A stretch of 64,000 bases of DNA from an uncultured Lachnospiraceae bacterium (GTDB lineage Bacteria > Bacillota > Clostridia > Christensenellales > UBA1242). The notes beneath the pieces are model-generated. The model had not been told where the DNA came from. It made no database searches and was given only the letters and a program-made list of their open reading frames with translations. Positions 1 through 8,837 of the stretch are shown in pieces. Position 1 is the stretch's first letter, and each line of letters starts with the position of its first letter. The translations under genes and the position numbers were made by a program. The stretch lies in contig CAZQMZ010000004.1 of the NCBI GenBank assembly GCA_964594865.1, positions 8,952-72,951 of the forward strand. Reading direction: 5' to 3'.

Positions 1-1954
1 CCAAAAGCGCTTTCTTTATTCCAAAAATTTGAGCTTTTTTTCGAAAATCTTGCAAATCTTCATAAAATTTTTTAAACGGACCATTTTCATTTTTTGCAAT
101 AATCTCGCACAAAGATTGATTTTTCTCGCGTTTTAATGCCAAAATATCATCAAAATTGATATGATATAGTCCAACAAGTACACTCAAACAACAAACATCA
201 TCGTCAAAGACAAGTGCAAGTTTCAAATAATTCAAAAGCATCTTAATCTCAGGCTCGTCCAAAAGATTGTTCCGTGAATTGGACAAAACATTCAAGCCTG
301 AAGTTATCAAAAATGTTTCAAGTTCATTGAAAAAGTCGTTTCGGCTTCGTGAAAGAATGGCTATGTCGCCAAATCTCACCTTTCGAAAGGTATCACTTTC
401 TGGAAGATATATTTGAGATGACAAAACTTCCATTATTCGACGTTTTATGTCGTTTAAAAGTGGCAAATTTTGATTTTTTTGATATATTTTCGCATTTTTG
501 ACAGAATATATCTTCGGCAACTCTTCTTCAACTTCACTTTCAAGGTCAACCAAATCAATGTTCACAGCCTTTTCTCCGTCACTTTTATATGTATATGGAC
601 TGTGAAGCATTGAGGTTTTCAAATAATCCACACCGGTCAAATCTTTCTTCATACAAACGGAAAACACATCATTGACAAAATCAAGCAGCAGTTGATTTGA
701 GCGAAAATTATATTTCAAAAATTTCACATCGCCATCCTCTTCTTTTTCAAAGTTTTCAAGGTCTTTGAAGAAGATTTCAGCGCTTGCCAACCGAAAACCA
801 TAGATCCCCTGCTTGACGTCACCAACTGCCACAAAATTGCAGTTTTTTGCGACATTTTTTATAATTTTTTCTTGAATCTTGTTTGTGTCTTGATATTCGT
901 CCACAAAAACATATTTGACCCCATCAAACAAATTTTCGGTGGATGAAAGTCTGTCCATCAACTTTTCCAAATCATAAAAATCCAAAGCATTCACACTTTT
1001 TTTAAGGCGATTTTCTTCATTGTCATAGAGTCTGAAAAGACGAATTAAAATCTTTTCAAGCTGTCCGCTTTTTTGCCGATTTAGACTCTCTTCGTCAACA
1101 ATGTTCAAATCTTTGATTTTTCCGATGATTTTGTTTATATTGTTCTTCACTCCCTGCAACTTCAAGGCAGTTTCCTCTCCAACAACTTTTTTGAGTGGAA
1201 GTCTTGGAAAAGAAAAATCTTGCGAAGAAATGCATAGTTCGAAAAAATCTCCGCTGTCGTAAATACCACGAAGAGCATCAAAAAGTTTGTCATGGAATTC
1301 GTCCAAATGAAGTTTGTTTACATTTTCAAGATTTTCATCCAAAATTGATTTTGTATACGCAAAGAGATATTCGCTCGCCTTGGAAAAATATTCTTCCGCA
1401 CATTCTTCATTTGCTCGCAAAAAATCTTCCTTGATCGCCACAGAGTTTGACAGTTGTTCCACTTTGAAAAGAATTTCTTTAATTTTTTTCTTATCATTTT
1501 TATATGCACCATTCAAAATGAAAAAATCTTCATCATTTTCAAACATTTTATACGCATTTTCAAAAGCATTTTCTCGAAGTTTTTGTGCTTCTCCTTCTTC
1601 AAGAACAGAAAAGTTTTCACTTATATTTAATAAATTTGCGTATTTTTTCAAATTTTTTTCGCAAAAAGAGTGAATTGTTGAGATGTTTGCCGTTGAAAGT
1701 GCGTCAATTTGCTCGATGATAAATTGCGTCGGTTCAGCTTCTTTCAATTTTTTTGCAAGCTTTTCTTTAAGTTGAGTTGCAGCCGCTTTTGTGAATGTCA
1801 TTGCAACAATCTCTCTCACCGGAACTTGTTTTTCGCAAATCAAGGTGCAAATATATTCAATCATGACATGAGTCTTTCCACTTCCAGCAGAAGCACTGAT
1901 TAAAAGATGTTTTTTGTCATTTTTCAAAACATCGTCTTGCTCTTTGATATACAT
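1..1954 (-). CDS. addA: ATP-dependent helicase/nuclease subunit A (AddA), N-terminal ~651 codons; the 3' end lies beyond the window start
   Basis: Absent from the ORF track because it runs off the window. Reverse-strand translation from the ATG at 1954 gives MYIKEQDDVLKNDKKHLLISASAGSGKTHVMIEY, a UvrD/PcrA-type Walker A. It starts 1 nt after the addB stop (TGA-G-ATG). I spot-checked the frame as open at the window start. Confidence 0.85.
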   Translation of the reverse strand, partial: MYIKEQDDVLKNDKKHLLISASAGSGKTHVMIEYICTLICEKQVPVREIVAMTFTKAAATQLKEKLAKKLKEAEPTQFIIEQIDALSTANISTIHSFCEKNLKKYANLLNISENFSVLEEGEAQKLRENAFENAYKMFENDEDFFILNGAYKNDKKKIKEILFKVEQLSNSVAIKEDFLRANEECAEEYFSKASEYLFAYTKSILDENLENVNKLHLDEFHDKLFDALRGIYDSGDFFELCISSQDFSFPRLPLKKVVGEETALKLQGVKNNINKIIGKIKDLNIVDEESLNRQKSGQLEKILIRLFRLYDNEENRLKKSVNALDFYDLEKLMDRLSSTENLFDGVKYVFVDEYQDTNKIQEKIIKNVAKNCNFVAVGDVKQGIYGFRLASAEIFFKDLENFEKEEDGDVKFLKYNFRSNQLLLDFVNDVFSVCMKKDLTGVDYLKTSMLHSPYTYKSDGEKAVNIDLVDLESEVEEELPKIYSVKNAKIYQKNQNLPLLNDIKRRIMEVLSSQIYLPESDTFRKVRFGDIAILSRSRNDFFNELETFLITSGLNVLSNSRNNLLDEPEIKMLLNYLKLALVFDDDVCCLSVLVGLYHINFDDILALKREKNQSLCEIIAKNENGPFKKFYEDLQDFRKKAQIFGIKKALL

Positions 1955-1955
1955 C

Positions 1956-4900
1956 TCAATCCTCCTCCACTTTTTTCATTTTTCGATATCCCTGCGATTG
2001 CAAATGTTTGCAAATAGAAAGATAAGGACAAAAATCACATTCGCCTTTGATCGGTTTGATTGCAATATATCCTTCTCTCATCTCATCAATTGCTTGTTGA
2101 CAAATTTTGTGTGCATAGTCAAAATGTTTTTTCAAATTGTCATCAACACAGCCATATTTAAATCCAAACTCTTCCTTCATTTTCGTTGATCTTGCGGTCA
2201 TTCCCAAAATGTCACTTCTTACGCCATCCAAAAGTCTTTGATCCATCATTTGAACAACTTCGTTGTTTTTGAGCGTCATTCCATTAAGCAGTTTTGTTTT
2301 TTTGTTGTTTTTGGAATATTTTGTCTGGCAATCGAAATAATAAACTCCCGCACATTCCATTCCTGTGCGCCTTCCAATTGAATCTGCATATAAAAACAAC
2401 TGCAATTTTTTGCCGTAATATAGTTCTTTCTTAATCCCTTCCGTCTTGCCTGTTTTATAATCTATAATTCGAAAATAGTTTCCACAACTATCCACACGAT
2501 CCACAAAGCCAATCAAATTCAGTCCATTATAAAAGGGTTCAAGAACTTTTTCTTCCAACATAATCGGTTTGAAATTACTGTTTTTTTGCTCTTTTATGAC
2601 GTTTTTTAATATAATTTTGCTTTCATTTTGCAAATATTTCAAAAAGTATGCTTTTTTCAAGATTTTTTCATCATACACCGTTTGCGCAATTTTTGAAAGA
2701 TTGATTTGCAAAAATTTTGTCAAATCTTCATCCGACACCTGTGCCAAATCTTTGCTACTTTGCACAAACTCCTTCAAAAGTGCGTGCATAAAAATGCCAA
2801 AAAGTCTTTTGTTTGGCATGACATCTTTTTTATCCTCAATTGACAAATCATATCTCAAAAAATGCATGAAAGGACAAGCAAAATAACTTTCAAGTTCGGA
2901 AGCCGAAATGGTGTTTTTCGTGCGAGCGTGAACAATCTTTTCAATCGGTTCATCAACAACAATCGAAGTTTTTAAGAGCGAGTGAAGCGAACTTTCAAAT
3001 TCTTTCGGCAGCTTTTCTTTTAAGTGAGAATATACATTGAGCAAGTTTTCTTCACAACCAATATAGAAAAGAAGTCTGTCCAAATTTTCTTCGCTTGAAA
3101 AGAGTCCAATGTCAAAAATCTCCATCGCTGTGGTGTGCAATGTTTGAGTGCCAAAAATTTGTTTCAAATCTTCCACAAATTCCGCATTGCCACTTTGCTG
3201 ACCATTGTCAACAACCGGCACCGAAACAATAAGTTTTTTCTTGGCGTGTTGCAAAAGCTCAAAAAGTTTGAGCCGGTTTCTTCTGTTGATAACGCGAATT
3301 TCCGGTTCAAGAGCAAACTGCAATTTAAGTTTTTTTATGTCATCATCATCAATAAGCCCAACATCATTTTGTGTTCGTGGCAATGCGCCAGCACGCGCAC
3401 CTAAAACAAACAGAATGTCAACATCTTCAAAATAACTGTCCGTCACTTCGCCAACATAGACCGCATCGATATATGACGGTATGGTTTCAACTTTGACAGA
3501 ATTGAATGCCAAAAGAAGAATGTTTTCAAAATCTAACAAAGAAAAATCTTCATCTCCGCCAAGCTCAATAAGTTTATCGAAAACTTTGGATATAAGTTCC
3601 ACCGACTGCTTGTTTTCACTTTGCTTTTGAAAATTTCCTTCATCTTCCAAATTTTGAACAAGTTTTTGATGACTTTGAAAGACTTTTTGCATCAAAATTT
3701 GCAAATTTTCGATATATTTTTGCATTTTTTTGCATTTTTGAAGGTTTTTTATGACAAAAACCACATCTGTAAACTGAGGAAAACGCTCCAAAAACTCAAC
3801 TTCATCGTCAACACAAAAATATGAGATTTCTTTCAAAACTTCTTCATCCCGCGACAACAATGAAGTTGAAGAGAGATATTCCAGCCCCGCTCTGTCAAAG
3901 CCCGTCTTTGCGATTTCCAAAATTTTACACAAAAAATGCCCCAAAATTGTTTGTGAAAGATTGACAGCATCGTCACAATTTATTGGTATCTTAAACTGAC
4001 CAAAAATTGTTTTGATGAGTTTGAAATATGTTTTGTCTGCAACAGCAACTGAAAAGTCGTTATATTTTGCACCTTTGAAAACGAGGTTTTTTATGTATTT
4101 TGCGACATATTCCACTTCGTCCTGCCGATTCTTTGCAAAGAGATTCAAAAAGAAATCTTCACTTTGGCACTTGTCAACCTTGAAGGCAAACAAATTTTCC
4201 ACAATCGCCCGTGAAGGTCCCAAAAGTGCAGTTGGCGGATTTTCTTCCCTGACCGCAAGCGAAAACTCCTTGGCAAGAGCTGTGGTTTTTTTGAAAATGT
4301 CATCTTCATAGATGAAGGCATTTTTCACTGACAAAGGTTTGGCGCGACCAATATATACGCAATTGACATATTGTGACAGTTGACAGATGAAATTGTTGAT
4401 TTCCAGCGTAAAACTGTCAAAATTGACAAAATATAGATTGATTTTTGATAAATCAAGCGAATTTTTGACTTCTTTCACAAAAAAATCTAGCAACTTGGAC
4501 AAATCCAATTTTTCGCCCAAAATTTCTTCATAGCGTTGATAAATCAGTTTCAAGTCGTGCATCTTTCGATCCAGATTTTCATCTCCAACCGGATTTATTT
4601 GCTCTGGTTTGACTTTGCACGCCTTGAACTGTTTGATTATCTGTAAAATTTTTTTGCAAACATCCACTCCGTAAGAAGAAAAATATGTCAATTTTTCACT
4701 GACACTCTTCACTGCTTTATAAACAGAAAAAACTTCTTCCAAAGCCGAAATTCTTGCAAAAGGCACGTTGTTTTGACGTAAAATTTTGCTGGCAAGTCTT
4801 GACACACCAACAACTTCAATATTGAACGTCGATTTGATGTTCAAGCAATCAAAAATCAAGTTTTCTGCCTGCATGGAAAAAGCATCTGGCACAACAACTA

Positions 4901-4994
4901 TGTTTTTCAAGTTCAAGTTTGTGACATCAATTTGCTTTATCACATTCACCCCTGCCTCAAAAGCAGTGGCACCAGAAATTAACCTGATTTCCAT
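1956..4994 (-). CDS. addB: ATP-dependent helicase/deoxyribonuclease subunit B (AddB)
   Basis: 1012 aa. The C-terminal RecB-type nuclease has a Cys cluster (ECDFCPYLSICK). It sits directly upstream of addA, the classic addB-addA order. Confidence 0.85.
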   Translation of the reverse strand: MEIRLISGATAFEAGVNVIKQIDVTNLNLKNIVVVPDAFSMQAENLIFDCLNIKSTFNIEVVGVSRLASKILRQNNVPFARISALEEVFSVYKAVKSVSEKLTYFSSYGVDVCKKILQIIKQFKACKVKPEQINPVGDENLDRKMHDLKLIYQRYEEILGEKLDLSKLLDFFVKEVKNSLDLSKINLYFVNFDSFTLEINNFICQLSQYVNCVYIGRAKPLSVKNAFIYEDDIFKKTTALAKEFSLAVREENPPTALLGPSRAIVENLFAFKVDKCQSEDFFLNLFAKNRQDEVEYVAKYIKNLVFKGAKYNDFSVAVADKTYFKLIKTIFGQFKIPINCDDAVNLSQTILGHFLCKILEIAKTGFDRAGLEYLSSTSLLSRDEEVLKEISYFCVDDEVEFLERFPQFTDVVFVIKNLQKCKKMQKYIENLQILMQKVFQSHQKLVQNLEDEGNFQKQSENKQSVELISKVFDKLIELGGDEDFSLLDFENILLLAFNSVKVETIPSYIDAVYVGEVTDSYFEDVDILFVLGARAGALPRTQNDVGLIDDDDIKKLKLQFALEPEIRVINRRNRLKLFELLQHAKKKLIVSVPVVDNGQQSGNAEFVEDLKQIFGTQTLHTTAMEIFDIGLFSSEENLDRLLFYIGCEENLLNVYSHLKEKLPKEFESSLHSLLKTSIVVDEPIEKIVHARTKNTISASELESYFACPFMHFLRYDLSIEDKKDVMPNKRLFGIFMHALLKEFVQSSKDLAQVSDEDLTKFLQINLSKIAQTVYDEKILKKAYFLKYLQNESKIILKNVIKEQKNSNFKPIMLEEKVLEPFYNGLNLIGFVDRVDSCGNYFRIIDYKTGKTEGIKKELYYGKKLQLFLYADSIGRRTGMECAGVYYFDCQTKYSKNNKKTKLLNGMTLKNNEVVQMMDQRLLDGVRSDILGMTARSTKMKEEFGFKYGCVDDNLKKHFDYAHKICQQAIDEMREGYIAIKPIKGECDFCPYLSICKHLQSQGYRKMKKVEED

Positions 4995-5025
4995 GTGATA
5001 ATGATATCACAAAATTCAAAACAAA

Positions 5026-5739
5026 TCAACCTCTTTTCAATCTATTCGCTTTTTGAATTCCCTCCAAGCGCTCTTTGAGAACTTCTTGTTTTCCGCCCTT
5101 TGCAGAAAGCAATTTGTTTTCCGCTTTAAGTTTTTCGTTTTCATGTTTCAGTTTCACGATTTGCACATCTTTTTCATTCAGTTCTTTGAAAGCTTTTTTG
5201 AGAAGTTCGTTTGTTCCAGAGTTGTTTTGTACTTCTTCAACAGCCGTCTTTTTGATGAGTTTGACAAGTCCCAAGAATAAATTGTTTATGTCGCTTTCGG
5301 TCAATCGTTTTTGTTTGAAAGGGATGATTTTGTCTTCCTTTTTCTCTAACTTTCTTTTCATGTTTTGATATTTGTTCTGCAAACGCGTCATAAGTGTCAG
5401 ATTTCCACCACTGAGTTTAAGGCAAGCCGAACGCACTGAAAGCCCTTCAATGGTCAATTTTTCAATCTTTTCAAAAAGCTCTCCTTCTTGAACTTTGTCA
5501 AACCCTTCAAAGTGCGTTTTGACGTGCTTCGAAAGATCGATGCCAAGCCTTTGAGTTCGCTCGACATCGTTTTGAAGGTTGTCCACTTCGTGGTAATAAT
5601 AATTTCTCACACTGTTTGGCTTTCGATTAAATGTTTTCGCATGAGCCAAAAATGCCTCTTTAAGCGAAACACTCTCTTTCTTACACTTTTCCACTTCAAC
5701 AAAAAGCTCTTTAACTTCTCTGTCATTCCAATTTTTCAT
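5026..5739 (-). CDS. Hypothetical protein with an N-terminal Myb/SANT-like (RsfA-type) helix-turn-helix and a C-terminal coiled coil
   Basis: Start moved to the ATG at 5739 behind GGAGGA; the track start is TTG. The W..REVKELF..AK.FNRKPNSVRNYYY spacing resembles Myb-like repeats of prespore regulator RsfA. The K/E-rich heptad tail reads ENEKLKAENKLL. Confidence 0.35.
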   Translation of the reverse strand: MKNWNDREVKELFVEVEKCKKESVSLKEAFLAHAKTFNRKPNSVRNYYYHEVDNLQNDVERTQRLGIDLSKHVKTHFEGFDKVQEGELFEKIEKLTIEGLSVRSACLKLSGGNLTLMTRLQNKYQNMKRKLEKKEDKIIPFKQKRLTESDINNLFLGLVKLIKKTAVEEVQNNSGTNELLKKAFKELNEKDVQIVKLKHENEKLKAENKLLSAKGGKQEVLKERLEGIQKANRLKRG

Positions 5740-5912
5740 AAATCCTCCAAACAAAATGTTGCCAAATAATTTGGTTTTTAGACATAAAGAATCTTATAAA
5801 AACTGTCATTTTTTGTCAGCCAATGAAAAATCGCTCAAACAAACAGAAAAATAAAAAACAAAGCGAGAAATGTTTTTGCATTATTTTCTCTCTTTTTGAC
5901 ATATAATCATGT

Positions 5913-6776
5913 ATGAAATACATCCTAAAAACAACTTATCCTTGTTTGATTAAAACAAAAAATGATGAGTGTGAGCTTAATGAAAACGACCTTTTGGAAA
6001 TTGAAAACGAGGACAGACTTTTTGTCTATCCGGAAAATCCCGAACAAATTCCTTTTTATATCAATCTCAAATCTCCAAAAGAGACTGCCTTTTTGTCAAT
6101 TTTAAACCATCACGGTCAAATTTTACTCTTTTTGGAAGACGTGCAAAATCTGCAAGTAAGCCAAAAAGAAACATTAAACATGAGCGGAAAAAAGTGCGAA
6201 GTGAGCGTTCATGGTCAACAAATTTCTTTTGAGAGTGAAAACAGAAGAGTCGAATATCTCTGTTCTCACCCTTGCGAGCTTCAAAAAATTTTCAAACTTA
6301 AAGACTATGCCTGCATTCAGTTTGATGCCGATTTGTATGCATATTCCATAAAGAAAAACAAGCTTTCTCATTTCAGCGGAGAAATTTCAGTTGACGGCGA
6401 AATGTTGACTTTAACAAAAAACTTCAATGACAGTGAAAACAGAAAGCGTCAAGCAAAATATAAATTTGAGGACGACATCATCATGCAAGAAGAAAATTTC
6501 ATTCACAGTTCAAACAGCGAAAGAAACGAACTTGTGCCTTACAAACTTATGGAAAGTGTGAAGGCGAAAGACTTTGAACACGCACTCACATTTTTGACTG
6601 AAAATCTTAAAAATCAAATTGACAGCACACAAATACGTGACTTTTTTGGCAATTTTTCGATGTTTTTGCCGTTGTCGACAACAGAATTTATCACAATCAG
6701 CGGAAAACAAAAAAAATATGTCAAATTCAATATGCAAGGCGGTTTGATTGACGACATCACCGTTGACACACTTTGA
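5913..6776 (+). CDS. Hypothetical protein (287 aa), no recognisable family
   Basis: Long ORF divergent from 5026..5739. There is no SD; TATAAT at 5902..5907 lies 5 nt upstream of the ATG. Confidence 0.5.
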   Translation: MKYILKTTYPCLIKTKNDECELNENDLLEIENEDRLFVYPENPEQIPFYINLKSPKETAFLSILNHHGQILLFLEDVQNLQVSQKETLNMSGKKCEVSVHGQQISFESENRRVEYLCSHPCELQKIFKLKDYACIQFDADLYAYSIKKNKLSHFSGEISVDGEMLTLTKNFNDSENRKRQAKYKFEDDIIMQEENFIHSSNSERNELVPYKLMESVKAKDFEHALTFLTENLKNQIDSTQIRDFFGNFSMFLPLSTTEFITISGKQKKYVKFNMQGGLIDDITVDTL

Positions 6777-6778
6777 TT

Positions 6779-7507
6779 TCAGGACAAAATACCCATAAGT
6801 TTCAATCGGCAATCAAAATGATATTCAAAATTTTTCACCAAAATTTTGAGAAGTTCTTCTTCGCTTTTTTGTGCCAATTTCAAAGTTGACAACCTTTCAA
6901 AATCTGTTGAGTTCAAAAATTTCAACGCAACATATGCCACTTTGGAAATCTCTTCACATGAAAAAGTTCTGCACGCAGTGCAAACAAGATTTCCGTCGGC
7001 ATAGTCAACATAGAGCCTGTCAAACGCAGTGCTTTTGCAACACGTGCATTTGTCCGAATAAAGCGGAAACCCATAAATTTTGAAAAATTCGATGTAAAAC
7101 TTGTCCAAACTATACAATCTTTTACACTTTCCAAAACATATGTTTTTCAGTGTTTTGAGAGCCAAAACAAAAACACCTGCTCTTTCGCCCGCAGTGGAAA
7201 AGTCAATTTTTTCAATCACTTCCAGCACAGCATATGCTTCAAAATATTTTTCAACATCTTCGCAAATTTCGTGAAAATTTTCAATAAGGTCAAACCCTGT
7301 GATAATCAGCCCGCCTTTGCCTTCCTCCAAGATAAATTCACCGAAAGTGAATGGATTGTTTGCCAATTTCATCTTTGCCTTCGGATTTTTTACTCCTTTG
7401 AGTGTCGCCCAAATTTTACCCAATTCCAGAGAAAAAAGAAGAATATTTGCATCCTTCTCTTTCTTATCGTTTGATTTTATGACTATTGCCTTTATCTTTT
7501 GCGACAT
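6779..7507 (-). CDS. recO: DNA repair protein RecO
   Basis: The N-terminal OB-fold pattern (KAIVIKSNDKKEKDANILLFSLELGKIWATLKGVK) and the C4 zinc motif (CTCC..CTAC) are typical of RecO. SD is AAGGGG. Confidence 0.85.
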   Translation of the reverse strand: MSQKIKAIVIKSNDKKEKDANILLFSLELGKIWATLKGVKNPKAKMKLANNPFTFGEFILEEGKGGLIITGFDLIENFHEICEDVEKYFEAYAVLEVIEKIDFSTAGERAGVFVLALKTLKNICFGKCKRLYSLDKFYIEFFKIYGFPLYSDKCTCCKSTAFDRLYVDYADGNLVCTACRTFSCEEISKVAYVALKFLNSTDFERLSTLKLAQKSEEELLKILVKNFEYHFDCRLKLMGILS

Positions 7508-7541
7508 TTTTCCCCTTTATATTTGCATGTTTTCCACAATG

Positions 7542-7679
7542 TTATTTTTGAAATCCTTTTTTATTTTCTCTTTCTTTGTTTCGTCCTGCAACAAGGTCTT
7601 GAGCAATGTAAGGATTGCCACCAGACATTTTTAACATTTCCCAAGTCAATTCTTCAAAGATATCTATAAATCCTGCCAT
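7542..7679 (-). CDS. YqzL-like small protein (45 aa), below the ORF-track cutoff
   Basis: Hand translation gives MAGFIDIFEELTWEMLKMSGGNPYIAQDLVAGRNKERENKKGFQK. A strong SD (GGGAGG) lies 5 nt upstream. The TW..L..sGg..Y motif and the position directly upstream of recO mirror B. subtilis yqzL-recO. Confidence 0.5.
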   Translation of the reverse strand: MAGFIDIFEELTWEMLKMSGGNPYIAQDLVAGRNKERENKKGFQK

Positions 7680-7837
7680 AACCGCCTCCCTTTTATTGTG
7701 TGCAAAATTTTGTCTTTGATGCTTGCCGAAACTTCTTTCAATATAATTTTAGCATAGCATATCAAAAAATCAAACTTTTTTTGATGTTTTTAGAGAAAAA
7801 ATATGTATGCGCCAATTTTTTTGTTTTGGCGCTTTTT

Positions 7838-8326
7838 TTAAATTCTTCGAATCGACAAACTTGCATAATTGAAGTTGACTGTTTCTGCCGAATTGTTGAG
7901 TAACTCCAAACTGCTTGTGCCGTTTGTTGTGATGATCATTGTTTGGGTCAAATTCACAACATCGCCAGCAGTTTGAGTGATCGAAATCGGCGAACCTTGA
8001 ACTGTCGCTCCGTTTAAATCTAACCTTATTCCAAATGTTCCGCTTGTTGGAACAACTCCATTTGCAAGATAACTCACTTCATATGCACCTGCAAGCAGTG
8101 TTGCACCGCCTGCTCCGTTTGACACAATTGATGTGCCTTCACTTGTCACAAGCACAACAGGGATGACATCTCCTGCATCCACTGTGGACAAAACTGTGTT
8201 GTTGAAGAAAGCAAAATCGTTGCCAAAGTTTGGATTGACAACTTGATTGGAGCAAGCCAAATTTATTGCCGAACAGAAAATTGGACAAGGATGATTGAAA
8301 ACGCAACAATTAAATCTTCTAGGCAT
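7838..8326 (-). CDS. BclA C-terminal-domain-like (C1q/TNF-like jelly-roll) spore-surface protein with a Cys-rich N-terminus
   Basis: 162 aa. The body (AFFNNTVLSTVDAGDVIPV..LLAGAYEVSYLANG..LDLNGATVQGS..NFNYASLSIRRI) follows the BclA-CTD pattern. The N-terminus is CCVFNHPCPIFCSAINLAC. SD is AAGGAGAAAG. Confidence 0.55.
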   Translation of the reverse strand: MPRRFNCCVFNHPCPIFCSAINLACSNQVVNPNFGNDFAFFNNTVLSTVDAGDVIPVVLVTSEGTSIVSNGAGGATLLAGAYEVSYLANGVVPTSGTFGIRLDLNGATVQGSPISITQTAGDVVNLTQTMIITTNGTSSLELLNNSAETVNFNYASLSIRRI

Positions 8327-8432
8327 ATCTTTCTCCTTAGATGACGGAAAATTGAAACTCCGCCACCTAGAATCATTTTATTTTTCCAAAAGAATTTGTG
8401 TGCAATCAAAAAACCACTTCCATTATGTTTAC

Positions 8433-8462
8433 AACAAAAAATCCACAAAAATTTGTGGATTT
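8433..8462 (-). terminator. Terminator of the HU gene
   Basis: Stem AATCCACAA/TTGTGGATT followed by TTTTTTG on the minus strand. Confidence 0.7.
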
Positions 8463-8495
8463 GCCCTTATTACAGCAATTCAAGCCTGTCAACCA

Positions 8496-8768
8496 TTATT
8501 TGACATTATATTTGAAATTCTTGAAGCCTTTGAAAGCAATCATCTTCTTTGGCGGACAAATGTAAAATCGCTTCGTCTGTGGGTTGAGAAATTTTCTTGC
8601 CTTTTTCTCTTGCAAAGAAAATTTTCCAAAGTTGCGCAAAACAATCTCATCGCCCTTGCAACAAACTTCCAAAATAGTGTTTTTAAATTCGTCCAAAAAC
8701 AAATCGCACTTGGTTTTTGAAAGTTGTGTTCTTTTTGCCAAAAGTGAAATAAACTCGGTTTTGTTCAT
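8496..8768 (-). CDS. hup: HU/IHF-family DNA-binding protein
   Basis: MNKTEFISLLAKRTQLSKTK..RNFGKFSLQEKKARKFLNPQTK matches the HU fold and arm motif. Start moved to the ATG at 8768 behind GGAGGG; the track start is TTG. Confidence 0.85.
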   Translation of the reverse strand: MNKTEFISLLAKRTQLSKTKCDLFLDEFKNTILEVCCKGDEIVLRNFGKFSLQEKKARKFLNPQTKRFYICPPKKMIAFKGFKNFKYNVK

Positions 8769-8837
8769 AATTTTTCCCTCCAAAAAAATGATAACCTAAA
8801 TGAAAAAATTTTAAACACTTTTTTCTTATTATTTTTC

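Noticed and set aside
5896-5915. TTGACATATAAT followed 5 nt later by the ATG of the 5913 gene, considered as a fourth leaderless start.
   Set aside because: The TTGACA abuts the -10, so it cannot serve as a -35. The best -35-like hexamer (TTGCAT at 5876) gives a 20-nt spacer. It is too weak to claim and is mentioned only as a possibility.
8439-8462. ATCCACA and TGTGGAT, near matches (7/9) to DnaA boxes in inverted orientation.
   Set aside because: They are the two arms of the HU-gene terminator hairpin. There is no cluster of boxes, no dnaA or dnaN nearby, and no adjacent AT-rich unwinding element.
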